A DNA stretch of 64,000 nucleotides from Auanema rhodensis (taxonomy: Eukaryota; Animalia; Nematoda), in the NCBI GenBank assembly GCA_964057225.1, contig OZ059900.1, forward strand, positions 12,710,001 to 12,774,000. The letters are read 5' to 3'. Below the pieces are notes generated by a model. That model was not told the DNA's origin. It was given only the letters and a program-made list of their open reading frames with translations, and ran no database searches. Positions 15,901 through 30,300 of this stretch are shown in pieces. Numbering within the stretch: position 1 is the first letter of the stretch; every line of letters begins with the position of its first letter. Both the position numbers and the translations under genes were made by a program.

Positions 15901-17404
15901 CCTTCCGTTTGTTGAAGCATATCTTTGGAGTAGTTTCTAGCTTACATAATATAGAATGCCCGTGTTTCAGTGTTCTGCAATCGATTAGTTAATAGCGATA
16001 CTGCTCCAACACAATTTACGCGCGCTACCTCTCATTTATCGACATCGACCTTTTCTCAGCATCACTATTTCTCTGGACGCTCTCAATTCCTAATGTTTAT
16101 CTTGTGTTTGTCACATTCTTATTATACTGCATAGCCTTTATTCTCTTCTTAAGCAGTGTATTATCAGCAATATTTCTGAGCATTGCTTAATCTCTTTCAT
16201 CCATATTTTCACTGATATAATATTTTGCTCTGTTTTCTCTTCTTGCAATTTTATCACACTATCTATCTTTATTTCGGCCGCGAATGCCAATAATATAACC
16301 CTATACAGCATCTAGTCATAACGATTAAAAGAAGAAAAAAGAGCAAAGACCAATTTTTAACAAAAATAATAGCGTATTTAGTTGTGAAAGGGCCTAAATG
16401 CGTTCATGTGTATATGCGCGTACGTGGCCAACTCACCCTATTCTATGTCAGCTAGTCGATATCTGTGCTACATAGTTTAATATTCATCATGTCACTGTTG
16501 CATTTTCTCTTTCTTTGTTCTTTTTTAATCTTTATTTTGATAATATAAGCAAGAAATATAATATGTTCGATATTTTTTTAGAATTGAGCAGATTTTTTTA
16601 ATTTTGCATTAGATATCTAGTTTCAGTTTGTAAAAACACTATCCTACCACAATCGTTGCTCCGTTATACAGCGTTTGATCATTGTTCTGTACGAAAGAAA
16701 GACTCATTTTCAAATTTTTTGTTTGAAAAGTGATGATTTCAAAGGAAAAAACCAGTTAGATTGCTTTTTTTTACTTTCCGCGTTGTAGTCTTGTTATTGA
16801 TTCAATTTCTCTATCAATTCTGTTGTACTCTATTTTGTATTAAATTCTAAAATATAGAAAAAACAAGGAAAGAATATCTACCTTTTTCTTAAATGAAGAG
16901 TTGTTATAAAATTTGTTCTTCCTTTTATATGCATTGAGATGAGTTGAGTTAGTTAGGTGGTAAAATTTGAGAAAATATTATTTTATTTTTTTGTTTTACT
17001 TTAAATTGAATATATTTTTTCTCTGATTGCTTTTGCTTTGTTTTTTGTTACTCTTGTTTTTTATTTCCATTTCGTTTATTTATTTTTTAATTTTTAATTT
17101 CTTTTTTGATTTCAGCCTTTAATTGTTTGAGGGAAAAGCATTTTAGTCATAAAAGCTTAGCTTAAGTATGTTTCCTTATTTTGTCTTTTTGAAACAATCA
17201 GAGTTGACAACCGTTTTGTTTGCATTCTCTAGAATTTCAAGCAGAATGCATATGCTTGTAAAACGTATTCAAATTTTTTTCAAAAAATGTTTTATATTTT
17301 ATTTAAAAACTATATTTTCTTAACATTTTCAAAACTTATTACTTTTAATATGAGAATAAATTACCGAATATTTTGCAGCAAACTGTACAAGTTCACTCAT
17401 CAAG

Positions 17405-20400
17405 ATGTCGGGTGGCAATGAGGAAGCTCAGTTAGCTCAATGCCAAGCTTATGTGCAACGGCACAATATACAACAATTAGTGAAGGAAGCTATTGGTGAG
17501 CAAACACATTTTCCTCTTTTTTAACACTGAAAATCTCGAAAAAAAATTGATTTTTGTCATTAACTACTAAAAATAGTTTAGAATACTGAGAATTAACCTT
17601 TGTTCTAAAGATTCACTAAAAGATCTGCTTTTTTTCTAATTACAAATTCAGTTCAATTTTTTTTGTTATTAACTTCAATTGTATATTTTATGTTAAAATG
17701 TTTGAAAAATTATTATATTTTGCCTATATATGGATAAGATTATTTCAACTTTTCAGTTGCTCTCTGTATACACAAGCCTGACAATCCAGTTTTGTTTCTC
17801 AAAGATCATTTTGATAAATTGAACGAACAACGAAGTTCTAGTAGTATGGTAAGACCAAATTTATTCAAAAAATGTTTTAAAATATTGTGAAACCAGAAGA
17901 ACGTGGTGGTATATATGAGTAACCAGGCATCTTTTGAAAAGTTGGTGTTATAGATGAAAAACTCATTTATTTTTGATTCTCCAATATCAAAGTTTCTTAT
18001 TTTTAATTTGGAAACGTGTAAAATATTGCGGGAATTATTTTTAGTAGTCGGTATTCTTGAATATTTGGGTTGCTGTCGCCTAATCGAATCGTTTCACATC
18101 TTCAAACGCTTGTCTATTTTCCTCATTTCCCGATGTTGCTTTGAAATTCCCATTTTTCCCTAATTTAGAGCCAGCTTGTTTTCTCCAAGACAGAAAAAGC
18201 GCACTGCTAAAATTTTTCAAGCTTTTAGCTCAATTTTCAAGAAGCAAACTCTTATTGATTTTTTGAAATGAAAGGAGCCTAAATTATTTTGTCAAACATT
18301 CACATAATTCTCATAATTGAATAAACAAAATGATGATAGAAAACATGTCATGCTTGTTAAAAGAATATGATATATAATAACTACTAAAAAAGCTTTTTTT
18401 CATATACCGGGAAGATATCAGCTGAGTGCCCTCACTATTCCATTTTCTTTCTCTGCGCTAAAAAGGATTTGCTCACTTTGAATTCTTTTCTTTGTAGAAT
18501 TCCTCGTCTTTCCTTTCTTGGTTCATCGATATAACGCTTGCATATGCTATTCTGCATTCTTGCTCCAGTAGGCTTATTTTCTTTGTGCTAGTATATATGT
18601 ACATATGCATGTATATTTCCAACTTTTACTGTTACATATATAAGATGAAAGTTGTTTCATTCTATTAATTACCATTTCCTCAACCTTACGAAAAAAATTA
18701 GCAATTTTTTTGTTTTTTTTATATTAGTCTCGATTGTTTATTGTGCACGCTTTAAAACAAGAAGAAGGCCCCCATTCATTTCTCTTATTGATTTTTCTTT
18801 GGAACTAATTCATCTTTTTTATCAGTTTTCTTGGATATTTTTTTTCTTAGCATCAGCTGCTCAATTTTATAAATTTTTGATTTCTTGGCACATCTCTGAA
18901 CTGTATTATGTTTACTACTGATTTTATATTTTTTGATTACTCTCTGCTCTTCATTGTTTTACACTTGTAATTTTGGTATATTAGACTACTGGTGAACGAA
19001 AGAAACGATCAACAAATCATGTTAAGCGTGGGTTTCATTTTTAGTTTTTAACATTCATCAACATGAGACAATCCAAATATAAAAATTAATGTGTGAAATA
19101 AAAAAATAATTTAATGTGATTGAGCAAGACAAGTCTGAATTTTCAAAGTTCCAATCATGGCAATATTTTCTGTTTTTTATTTGTTATAAGGAAGAAGATT
19201 GGATTAAATTAATATTTTTCTGTGTTATGTAGACTAAGCGCGGGTATACGTGGCTTCACCATTGTTGCACCATCCTGATAATATCAGTAATAGCTTTCAT
19301 AATACACAATTTGAAACGATAAGAAACGCTATTTGACTGATTGCCCATCAATCAATTTCCTTTTTTTCGTCCTGTTTTCTGTTTTTAACAGTTAAATTAT
19401 GAAGAAATTAATATTATATATTTTTTCAAGACGAAGTCCTATTAGTCATTATATTTATTCGAATTTCTATTGGTTTCAATTTAATGGTTCCGCCAAATCA
19501 AAAATTAAAAGCAAGTGGTTCCAATATTTTGTTGTAATCGGAGAGTTATAAGGTTGAACAAACGTCAAACTTGTGTGCGCCATTCAGTTTGATCACTTCA
19601 AAGCTTTAAAACGAATTTATGAAGCGAAACGGATATGACATAGCTAGTTTGGAGCATAGTTTAAGAGAGAAAGAAGATATTAGATAAACTAGTTGAAAGG
19701 TTGGAATGCAATGAGAGCCGATTAGACATCATATTAATTGAATTTATACATTCGGATATATAATCGAATTTTCTACATAGTGTGGGATATTCAACAAATT
19801 TTATAGTTGGAAGGACTTATGTGTATATTATATTATTTTTTGAAAATATAATTAATCCTTGAACTGAACTGCACAGTTTTGTCTTATTTTTTTCAGTATT
19901 TTTTTTGTTGACTTAAAGTTAGTTCTTGCAATCATAATGAGAATTTATTATAGAAAAATTAAATTTTCATAAACTAGGTGGCAAATAGAAACTTACTTTA
20001 AGCTAGAGAAATTATAATAACTCTGTAAAGTCATGAATTCAGCTGAGTTCAATTATTTACCTATTGAGGTTTAGTACAGTTTACTGATATGTTTTTATTG
20101 ATTAATTTTTAACGTTTTGGTTCATAAAATATGCAGTGTTTTGTGTTCGTGCCATTGTTCGAGTTGCAACTGCTCATTCGAATACGTATACTCGTTCTAG
20201 TAACAAACACTGTGCACATGCCAGTTTTGATCAAGCTGCATGCGGTTTAGCGGTCTCTGACTGTCTGACTCTGCCCATAGTCTGCGTCTCTGACTCGGCC
20301 TGTGGCATTGCACTCATTGTCTGCCACTGCCGCAGTATCGATAGGTCGCGTGCTCTCTCGCTTGATATTTCTGCCTAACTATTTCCTCTGCGTCTCTTTC

Positions 20401-23400
20401 AATCATAGATATGTCTCATGTTATGCGAGATTCTATCTGTCTTAAAATATTTCCTATCCTCCATGTAGTCCTGTCTAAATGCGTTAGCCTCATTGAATTC
20501 AATCTCTCCGATAACACTCTCTGCCATCTCTATTTTTTTTACACACTTTTAATATAGATTAGAGTTTTATACAACAGTTTATGTACTTTTCTAACCTTTT
20601 AAAAATTTTTTTTGATTACTTAATATTGTTATCATAATATTTCAATTTTTTTTATCATAACTGGGACATTAACCCACTGCTATAGAATAATTATAATTAG
20701 AGCGTGTGCAACAGCTTTAAATTCAATATTTTTTGATATTAGTAATTGAACAGCTGACGCCATATATGTAAAAAACTTATTAAAAACCAAAATATTATTA
20801 AAATAATAGTTGTTAATATTATCTCTTTCTTTCAATTATTATTATTCTCATTATTGGAAGTGAGCGCTTCAGGAAGTGACCTTATCGTAATTTTCAATTA
20901 AGTTGCATTGATTTTGTTATTTACAATTTTCCCTCAACATATTTTGATCGTTGCTCTAAATATGATATTAATACTTTACTTATATCAATTTTTGTTCGTC
21001 TATATGAGTATATGGCAATGTTTGTATTAATTTTCTTGTCATTAGTCTCAAATTTAGTCGACGAAGCTAAATGATTGCACCTACTAAAAGTTACATAGAT
21101 ATTTATTTTGCAGCTAATTTTGTAATTGTTATTTTCTTAATTATTAGTTTGAAGCAATTTGTAATCACTATATTATCTGTTCAAAGTTTGAAGTTTGATC
21201 ATTTTATGCGCTAGTCGAACTCAAACTTCTATGAAAAGACTTATTTCTATTTGACTCAACTTCTTGCTCCATCTTCTTTCTTTACCCATACATTCTTTTA
21301 AGCAGATGACTCTCCCTTATTTCTGTTATATTTAGACGAACTCCGCCTATTTTCACCATCTGGAAAAGAGAAGCTCGTGGGACACGCTGCACAAGCGTAA
21401 CTCCATTTCCCCATCTCCCTTTCAGAAAATAGTCAAATCAGGGCAACTTCCTATTGACCATTTTTCTCTTTACAACTTCTCTCATACGAATAGTGGCCTA
21501 AATCTTTTTTGTTTAAATCATGGGACAACAATTTTCTAAAAAACGAAACCCTGGCTCAGTTTCTGGTTCAGCTCAAAAGACATGCAAGGTGACATATAAG
21601 AGTGGTATGCTCTTCAATGCTCAGATTCATTTATATGATTTTGAAAAGTGTACAGCAACAAAAATTTTAATTTTTTTAACATTTTTTTATTAAATTCTTT
21701 AGGAAGAAGCTAAGTCTAATTACACCCAAGATAACGCTGACGATGACGATATTATGATTGAACCACCAAAAAGAACTGGAGGCAGACGTACAGGAATTTC
21801 TGCTGAACCAATTCGAGAGGATGACACGCAAGAGTACAAAAAGGTACTTTATTAGCATCAACAAATGTTGTGTGCATAAATAATTTTTTTCTAGGTCATC
21901 ATACCCAAGGATGATTTAACCAGAAAGGCTTTGGAGACAGCCATGAAAAAAAATCTTTTGTTTGCCCATCTTGAGGTGAGTTGTCAATTGGCGTTTTAAT
22001 GGAAAAATATGAAGCTTCTCGCGTCAATCAATATTATCCCTACTAGAAATAACAAAGACCGCATATCTCTAAATTAATCCAATCAACTTTAAATTCTTAG
22101 AAAGTAGTGAGAGAGTATAGAAGATACATACTTATAAATAGGATTTGTCTAGGAAGAATAAGCTAAATCTTTTCATTTGCATAACATAAAAGAGCACAGA
22201 TGGAGCGGAAACAACTTTTCAATAGAATGAGTAAAGATCACATATAAAGTTTCTGTAGTGTAAATTGCTATTGATTATAAATTATTACTTAATGAGGTAT
22301 GAGAACTGGCATTTTCAAAATGTGAAAAGTATGGCGATGAGAAGTGAAATTAATTTTATATATGATGATTCTGTTCGTTCAATGAATAGTTCATATCATT
22401 ATAATAAATAAGGAAAAATATTTTGGAGTTATTCAGAACAATTATGCTAGAATATTATATAATCATTAAAGGAAGATGAGGCTAAAACCATGTTCGATGC
22501 CATGTTCCCCGTCGAGAAGAGTTCTGGTGAAACTCTTATTGAACAAGGTGAAGATGGAGATAACTTTTATGTCATCGATAAAGGAGTGAGATCATTAAAA
22601 AACAATTTGTTTTTTTTTATGTTCAAAGTTTAGATTGTGGATGTATTTGTCAATAAGGAGTACGTTCTCACTATAAACGAGGGTGGCTCATTTGGAGAGC
22701 TGGCTCTTATCTATGGAACTCCTCGCGCTGCTACCGTAATTGCAAAGGTAACCATAGGCTAAATCAATCTTGTCATCGAATATTTATTAGACTGATGTAA
22801 AATTGTGGGCTATTGATCGTCTATCCTATCGTCGTATTCTTATGGGCTCTGTGATGGAAAAGAGAAAGATGTATGATGAGTTTCTTTCGAAGGTTCAAAT
22901 ACTTGGTCAGTTCCCCGTAAAAGATCAGATAACTATTTTTTATTTTTCAGCTGATCTCGATAAATGGGAGCGTGCCAACGTTGCCGATGCTCTTGAAAGA
23001 TGTGATTTTGATCCTGGATGCCATGTCGTTGAACAGGTGTGAGGATAATATATGCACCCTTCTTTATATGATTTTGTAGGGACAACCAGGTGATGAATTC
23101 TTCATCATCCTTGAGGGCGAAGCGAATGTTTTGCAAAAGAGAAGTGATGATGCACCTTTCGATGTTGTTGGACATCTTTCTACTTCTGACTATTTCGGTA
23201 TGTTTTTACATTCAAAATTTGAAAACTTGAATATTCAAAAAGTAATTTTTATGATATGATTTTATTTATATTTCAAAAAATTGAAAAAGCGACAAATTCA
23301 AATTCATTTCGCTTTTATACATTCAGTCTCTAATCTTTAAAATTTTTGCCTAGAAGTTTTGCTTTCTCCAAACTGAGATCATGCGAATAATTAAAAAAAA

Positions 23401-23592
23401 TATATTTTTTCAATTTCAGGGGAGATCGCTCTATTGCTTGATCGTCCTCGAGCTGCTACTGTTGTTGCCAAAACTCATCTCAAGTGCATTAAACTTGATC
23501 GTGCTCGTTTTGAGCGAGTCATGGGGCCTGTCCGTGATATTCTCAAGCGAGATGTAGCTAATTATAATTCCTATGTTAAGTTGATGACATAA
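17405..23592 (+). CDS. kin-2: cAMP-dependent protein kinase regulatory subunit, type I
   Basis: [30 protein letters not shown] (D/D domain), pseudosubstrate RRTGISAE, two cNMP cassettes ([32 protein letters not shown]); ends YNSYVKLMT*. Confidence 0.97.
21520..21588 (+). CDS. kin-2: Alternative first coding exon of kin-2 (N-myristoylated isoform lacking the D/D domain)
   Basis: [23 protein letters not shown] followed by a phase-0 GTGAC donor, in frame with the exon starting at 21703. Has MGxxxS plus a basic patch. Confidence 0.8.
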
Positions 23593-25368
23593 GCCTCTCC
23601 GAAGCAGATCTAGCATCTCAGAACGATTTTTAACTAACCAATCTCATCGTTAATTATTGTGTTCGTCTTATAATCTTGGTTATTGTGATGCCTATGCTTG
23701 TTTCCTTGAAGTATTGCTGACTATAACTTAAATATTAAAGCTTTTAATTAAAATTAAAGAAAAATAAATAGAAGATTGGTTAACAGCTCTTTGAATTTTG
23801 AACACTTTACATATGAAAGAACGCATATAAAAATATAAGCTTTCCAAGAAAAAGAGAAATAAAGTATAACAATAAGTTATGAGAATAATACAAAAACTGA
23901 TATAGATCTCGAAAGGTGAACGGAATTTGATATTCAGTCCATTCTAACACAATGAATGCATTTATAAACTAGAAATTTCAGTGAAAAAAATGAATGAAGA
24001 ATAAAGTTATTAGAACTCTAGTACATAACAGTACAAGTTTTTCATCCGTGTTTTCAAAAAATGAGATAAAAATCTGATTTGTTTTACTATAAAAAAAATT
24101 TATAATTAGGAATATTTTATCAGTTTTATCCCGCTTGCTTGAATTGGGCAAAGAGTAGTTTTTTGTTGTAACAGTGAATAAGAAAAAAGTTTTTTTAAAC
24201 ATAATTGAAACACAAACAAAACCCAATGATTACAAAAAAGATAACACGGTGAACTTAAGAATTATAATATATTTGAAGTGAAGAGATCTTTGAGATCAAG
24301 TTGAATTTCGCGCTTATAAAATTTTTTAAAAACTCGTTTTCATTCTGACTATATCATATTCACATAAAACGTTTCCATACATAGTGTTCGAAAAAAAAAC
24401 CAAGGTTGATGTAAAGTTTCCACATATTGCAGAAGAGTAAGATAATTTCAGTGTTGAACATTTAAGATATGCTTAGTTTTTTCATATTAAATTTATACAT
24501 TATTTAAAAACTTTAAACTTAATTAGAAATAAAGTTCAAATCACTTTCGAATTTAGGAGATATTTTTTTTGAAATTTAAATGACAACATCTTTTGTTAAG
24601 AATTTCATTGTTACCCCAAATATGAAATGAAGATAAAAATTGTGAATAGATAGATAGTACTGATATGAAAAAAAAAAAGAATCGAAAAGCGGGAATTCTT
24701 GATTGTCGGTTGTGTAGAAAATACGATGACAATTCGGCTGGCTGATGCAACCTGCACTTGATATTTGTCATCTTTTGGTTTCTATTGACGCACAAAGATC
24801 GTGCACTTGACATCATCTGCCAATTCATTTGAAAGCTATAAAAGAACAGACAAGACAATTTAGGAAAATTCAAATATTGATCAAACTTGATATCTTTTCG
24901 ATATTTAAAGAATATTGTTCACAATTTGTTTTATATGCATAATTGTTTTAATTTATCATTTAATCTTCAATATTACTATTATATTTAATTTACATTCGTT
25001 TCACCAAGCTACACTATTGTATGATTTCTTTTTAGGTTTGATATGCGCATGAAAAACACGTGATTGAATAGATCGATAAGAAATGATATTGGTGAACGAC
25101 AAAAGCAAAACGAGTGTCTCATGTCACTTTTTCGCCGCTTTTTTCCACTTAATGTCTTCTTAACTAAAATTACCTGCGAAAATCAGTTGGAATATCTTAT
25201 TTCATTCGGTCGTACACTCAACAAAGCTTTCTATAAAATAGTTTTTGTTAGTTCATTATTTTTGGTGTTTGTTTTTTTATTATGACTTTGTTCTTAAATA
25301 TTTCCTAAAATAAAACATAGTTTGGTTGTTTTTTTAAAGGTGTGTTAGTGTACTACTGGACACTGTTC

Positions 25369-26898
25369 ATGCGCCCGAGTCAGATATTTTCTCCGGTTCC
25401 TTCGTCTTCTCAACAGGCAACCGAAAATGATCAGTATGGACACTACAGGTTCGACAAATAATCAATCTTTTTAAATTAGATATTAAATTTTAGGAATGGA
25501 GAATTAGACCTAGCTCAACAACACTTGCATTCAATACCTGCTCAATACCGTTTTTGTGAATCACAAGTGTTTTCTCCTCTTCTTGTTACACAAATCGATA
25601 TAAGCCATAATAACTTTATGCAGTTGGAAGGAATAGCAGAATTTCCAAATCTTCAAACGTGAGAAAGTCTAAAAGAAATTTTATTAAATAGAACTAACTG
25701 CTGCAAAGCCTATATATAAAGTAGGGCTGCTAAAAAATTTTTTATAGGCGCTTTTCATGTTATAATCTTTAATTTCAGTCTGGATGTATCGCATAATGGA
25801 TTAACATCATTTCCCGATGAAATATGCTCTTTGCGTCATCTTGTCTCTCTTGTAGCTCGGAACAATTTATTAGAAGATTTACCGAAATCGCTAGATCGTT
25901 TGCCAGCTTTAGAAGCACTTTATATATCGGGAAATCGATTTGAAGCTATTCCAAGCGTTTGCTTCACTCTTTTAAACTTAAGAATATTGCATATTGGTGG
26001 AAACCGAATCGAATATTTACCTAATAATATGGGATCTCTGAATAGGTTTGAAAGCATAAAAGAACTCCCAAGAATATTTTTCATTTCAGTTTGGAAATAC
26101 TATATTTAGGAGGAAATCAATTAAGAGAAATTCCTGCTTCGATTGGTCGTTTACGAAAGTTAACTGCACTGGCTTTAAGTGACAATCTATTGGAAACTAT
26201 TCCTACAACTTTAGGAGATCTGCAAAGTTTAGAAACTCTTGCAATCCACAACAACAATATTAGAGTAATTTTGAAATCTGTATTTGAAAACTAATTATTT
26301 CTTTTTGTAGACGTTGCCAACTGAAATCGTAAAATTACAAAATTTACAGCAATTGAGCTTGAGGAATAATCCTTTAGGTATGCTTTGATTAATTTTGGGA
26401 ATTCAATAATACTTTCTAGTTCATCAATTCGTACATGACATGGCTCTAGACCCTCCATCTCTCAAGGAAATTGCGGGCAGATATGTTAGAATGGCAATGA
26501 AAGATATATCCTTTAAAAACGTTTTACCCAGGTATGCATTACTTCAATTTATTTTAGTTATAATATATTATAAATTTTATAGAGAACTAGTGTGTTATTT
26601 AAACTCGGCAAATCAATGTGTCAATCCAAAATGTCAGGGTGTTTATTTTGAAGCTTGTGTCGAGCATGTGAAGTTTGTGGACTTTTGTGGAAAGTACAGA
26701 GTGCCTCTATTACAATTTCTCTGGTAAACATTTTTTTACGTATTTTCAATAATTCGAGTTTTTAGTTCAACGAAATGCTCATGGGATAGTCAAAACTATA
26801 ATAGTTCTGATTCTTCGTCATCATCATCTTCTGACTCTGAGGAAGAAAATGTGCCATCATCCTCACAAATGAAAATGAGAAAAATTTTACTCGGATAA
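25369..26898 (+). CDS. LRRC58 orthologue (LRRs, BC-box-like segment, Cys-rich C-terminus)
   Basis: LxxLxLxxN repeats, PPSLKEIAGRYV, CVNPKCQGVYFEACVEHVKFVDFCGKYRVPLLQFLCS, a Ser/acidic tail, and MRKILLG*; these are hallmarks of LRRC58. Confidence 0.88.
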
Positions 26899-27349
26899 CT
26901 GGAATAAATTCATATAGTATTATCAAGTTGTATAAGAATAAGTAATATTTGTACGGTCTATGAGATTTGTTTGCGTTTTCTAAGCTAATTAACAAAATAA
27001 CCTATTTCAAAATATTCTCTTTTAACTTTATTATTTTTCTTTGTTTTTTTATGTTTTATGTTCAAAAGACGGTTATTTTTTTGGATAGTTTTACTTCGCT
27101 GTACATAAAATATTTAGAAAAAACTATGAAAATATTTCTTGATAGAATGTTAGACACAGTTGCCATAGTCAAGCTAGCAAAAAAGTAAAGAAATTTATAA
27201 TTCAAACATCTATAAAAAACGTATAACGATCATCTTTTAAATCGCTATGGAATCCGTATCCAAGTATTTCTTGTTATTCAAAAAAATTGCAAATACCTCT
27301 CAAAGTAAGTAGTTGGAATTTCATTTCATCCATATTCCTTAGATTCGAA

Positions 27350-30300
27350 ATGAAGGAATGGTTCATTTTGCTGTTTGTTTCCCTAATCATCGGTAAGCGT
27401 CATTTGTGTATTTATGTATTTTGTATATCTGTGCACATTACGGTTAAGAGAATCACATTTTTAGGAGTGAAACCAGATTGTGCCTGCAATGGTTTAGTGA
27501 CAAACGTGGAACAACGTCAGGTTTTAACACTGATACGTGTTCTTTTCAAAAAACCGGAAAACATTTCAGAAAGCTTGCATCATAGTTTTAAAAAATTTTC
27601 AAAATGATGATGAAGCAGAACAGGCATGTAGATTGATAGGAGGACATTTAATTCATCCCGATATGTTAACTCCTAATGTTATAGATTATATTAACCAGGT
27701 AAACGAGAAAAGCGAAACTACTCATGTGATCGACTAAGCAAATTTAATTATGAAAACTATTGTCAAGAAAGATTATATATAATATTAATTAATTTTCCGA
27801 ACTCTGAACGTCCAGTATTAACTGGAATTTTGAGAGGGTATGGGAACAATGAAGCATCTGTACGTTGCCCTCTAAAGACAGACTCGCATCCAATCGACAA
27901 AGATTTAATATCTCAGCTGTTTATTGAGGTTATAACTTTTTATCTAAATTACATAAAATTTTCAAATTTATTTGCTTCGATAATCTTAATTATTCAAGTG
28001 GAAATCAGACACAACGCAACATTGTGCTTATATATTTAATAATAGTCTGACTTTGAGTCTAAATGAATGCAATATTCCTATGGACGCTGCTTGCGATATG
28101 AGTATTAATAATATTTTCATGTAATAGTTCGTTAGTTATTTTTTTAGAAATGGAACAGTCTGACCAATGCTCCTCTTTAATGTTATGTCCAGAAGAAACT
28201 AGTTTTTCAGAATTATCGACTAGTGATACATTAGTTTCAGAGTCGTTCACATCTTCAAACGATTTATTTTCCTATTCTACTTTATCGCCGTATAGTTTAA
28301 CTTTTTCAAAACCAACAGATTTACAAATCGGTGAAACATCTGAACAATCGAGCTTTGGCCCCGAAGCAACCCAATTTTATATGTCGACAGATACAAGCCA
28401 AATAATTGAAGAATCTACAGAAAGTAATACAAGCACATCTGCTAGTGATACTGAAGCTACGCTTAAAGGGGAAAGTATTGAAGAATCTACAAAAAGCAAT
28501 ATGAACTCATCTACTGGTGATACTGAAGCTACGCCTAAAGAGGAAAGTATTGAAGAATCTACAGAAAACAATATGAGCACATCTGGAACTGATACCGACG
28601 CTACGCCTTATTGGGAAAATATTAAAGAATCTACAGAAAACAATATGAGCACATCTGGAACTGATACCGACGCTACGACTTATTGGGAAAATATTGAAGA
28701 ATCTACAGAAAGCAATTCAAAGACGTCTGGAAGTGCTACCGAAGCTACGCCTAACGGGGAAAGTATTGAAGAATCTACATATATCAATACGATCACTTCA
28801 GGAAGTGATACCGAAGCTACTCCTAACAGAGAAAGTTTGGAAGAATCTACAGAAAGCAATACGAGCACATCTGGAAGTGTTACTGAACCTACGCTTAACG
28901 GGGAGAGTATTGAAGAATCTACAGAAAACAATATCAGCACATCTAGAAGTGATACCGAAGCTACGTCTTATTGGGAAAATATTGACGAATTTACAGAAAG
29001 CGATACAAAAACATCTAGAAGTGCTACCGAAACTACACCTTATTGGGAAAATATTAAAGAATCTACAGAAAGCAATATCAGCACATCGGGAAGAGATACT
29101 GAAACTACGCCTAATTGGGAAAATATTGAAGAATCTACAGAAAGCGATACAAAGACATCTAATAGTGCTACCGAAACTACACCTTATTGGGTAAATATTG
29201 AAGAATCTACGGAAAGCAATACGAGCACATCGCAAAGAGATAACGAAGCTATTCTTAACGGGGAAAGTGGTGAAGAAACTACAGAAGGCAATACAAACAC
29301 ATCTGAAGGTGCTACTGAATCTACTCCTGAGAGGGAAGGTGGTGAAGAAACTACAGAAAGTAATAAAAAAACATCTGGAGGTGTTAACGAAGCTACTCCT
29401 CAAGGGGAAAATATTGAAGAATCTACAGAAAGCAATACAAAGACATCTGAAAGTGCTACCGGAGCTACTCCTGAGAGGGAAGGTGGTGAAGAAACTACAG
29501 AAAGTAATAAAAAAACATCTGGAGGTGTTACCGAAGCTACTCCTCAAGGGGGAAAAATTGAAGAATCTACAGAAAGCAATACAAAGACATCTGAAAGTGC
29601 TACCGGAGCTACGCCTAACGGTAAAAGTATTGAAGAATCTACAGAAAGCCATACGAGCACATTCGAAAATGTTACTAGAGCTACGCCTCACGAGGAAAGC
29701 ATTGAAGAATCTACAGAAAGCTATACGAGCACATCTGGGAGTCACACCAAAACTACGCCTCACGGGGAGGGTATTCAAGAATCTACAAAAAGTAATACAA
29801 ACATTATTGGAAAAGTAACTGAAAAAACAAAGACAAGTAATTCTTTACCAACCACACTCTATGATATTTCAAACACCAACAATCCACATAGCTCTACAAA
29901 ATCAGAAAAGAATAAAGTCACAATCGATAATAATCAAGGAATTAACAGCAAATTAACAACATTAGAAACATATAAAACATCCTCAACATCATTGTTTACT
30001 TCAACTGAAACATCATTATTAATTACAACAACTGATAATTCAAAGAGTAATCATTCCAACAGAAGTATGCTTGATTTTTCTATAAAACATTGAGTTGTAA
30101 ATTTTCCAGAATGTACAAGTTTTGAATTTCATATTTTCGGTATATGTTTGGATTGGAGGTTTCTTCTACTGTTCTGTGTTCTTTTAATTGCTTTAAACTG
30201 TTTGTGTTGGCTTTTCACTATACTCGGATGTGGTGAAAAGAAAAAAAACGTATCTGAAGCACATTTGGAAACGTATGTTGTCCCTGTCATCCTAACATTT

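Noticed and set aside
11500-17300. Many 60-80 aa ORFs in the klp-13/kin-2 divergent intergenic region
   Set aside because: Low-complexity F/L/I/K-rich translations of AT-rich DNA with no exon chains or motifs.
19425-19825. Possible second inverted-repeat element in the kin-2 intron
   Set aside because: Only a 7-bp inverted match (AAGTCCT/AGGACTT); insufficient.
21306-21400. Possible additional kin-2 cassette or start exon
   Set aside because: The ATG frame stops early and no phase-compatible open reading was found; more likely 5' UTR or promoter of the MGQQ isoform.
28408-29790. Regularly spaced repeats resembling a CRISPR array
   Set aside because: The whole unit is homologous (no unique spacers), it is in frame within a eukaryotic exon, and there are no cas genes.
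28377-29818. Long antisense and off-frame ORFs (326, 206, 166 aa) over the mucin exon
   Set aside because: By-products of a 72-bp repeat that lacks stops in those frames; no independent coding signal.
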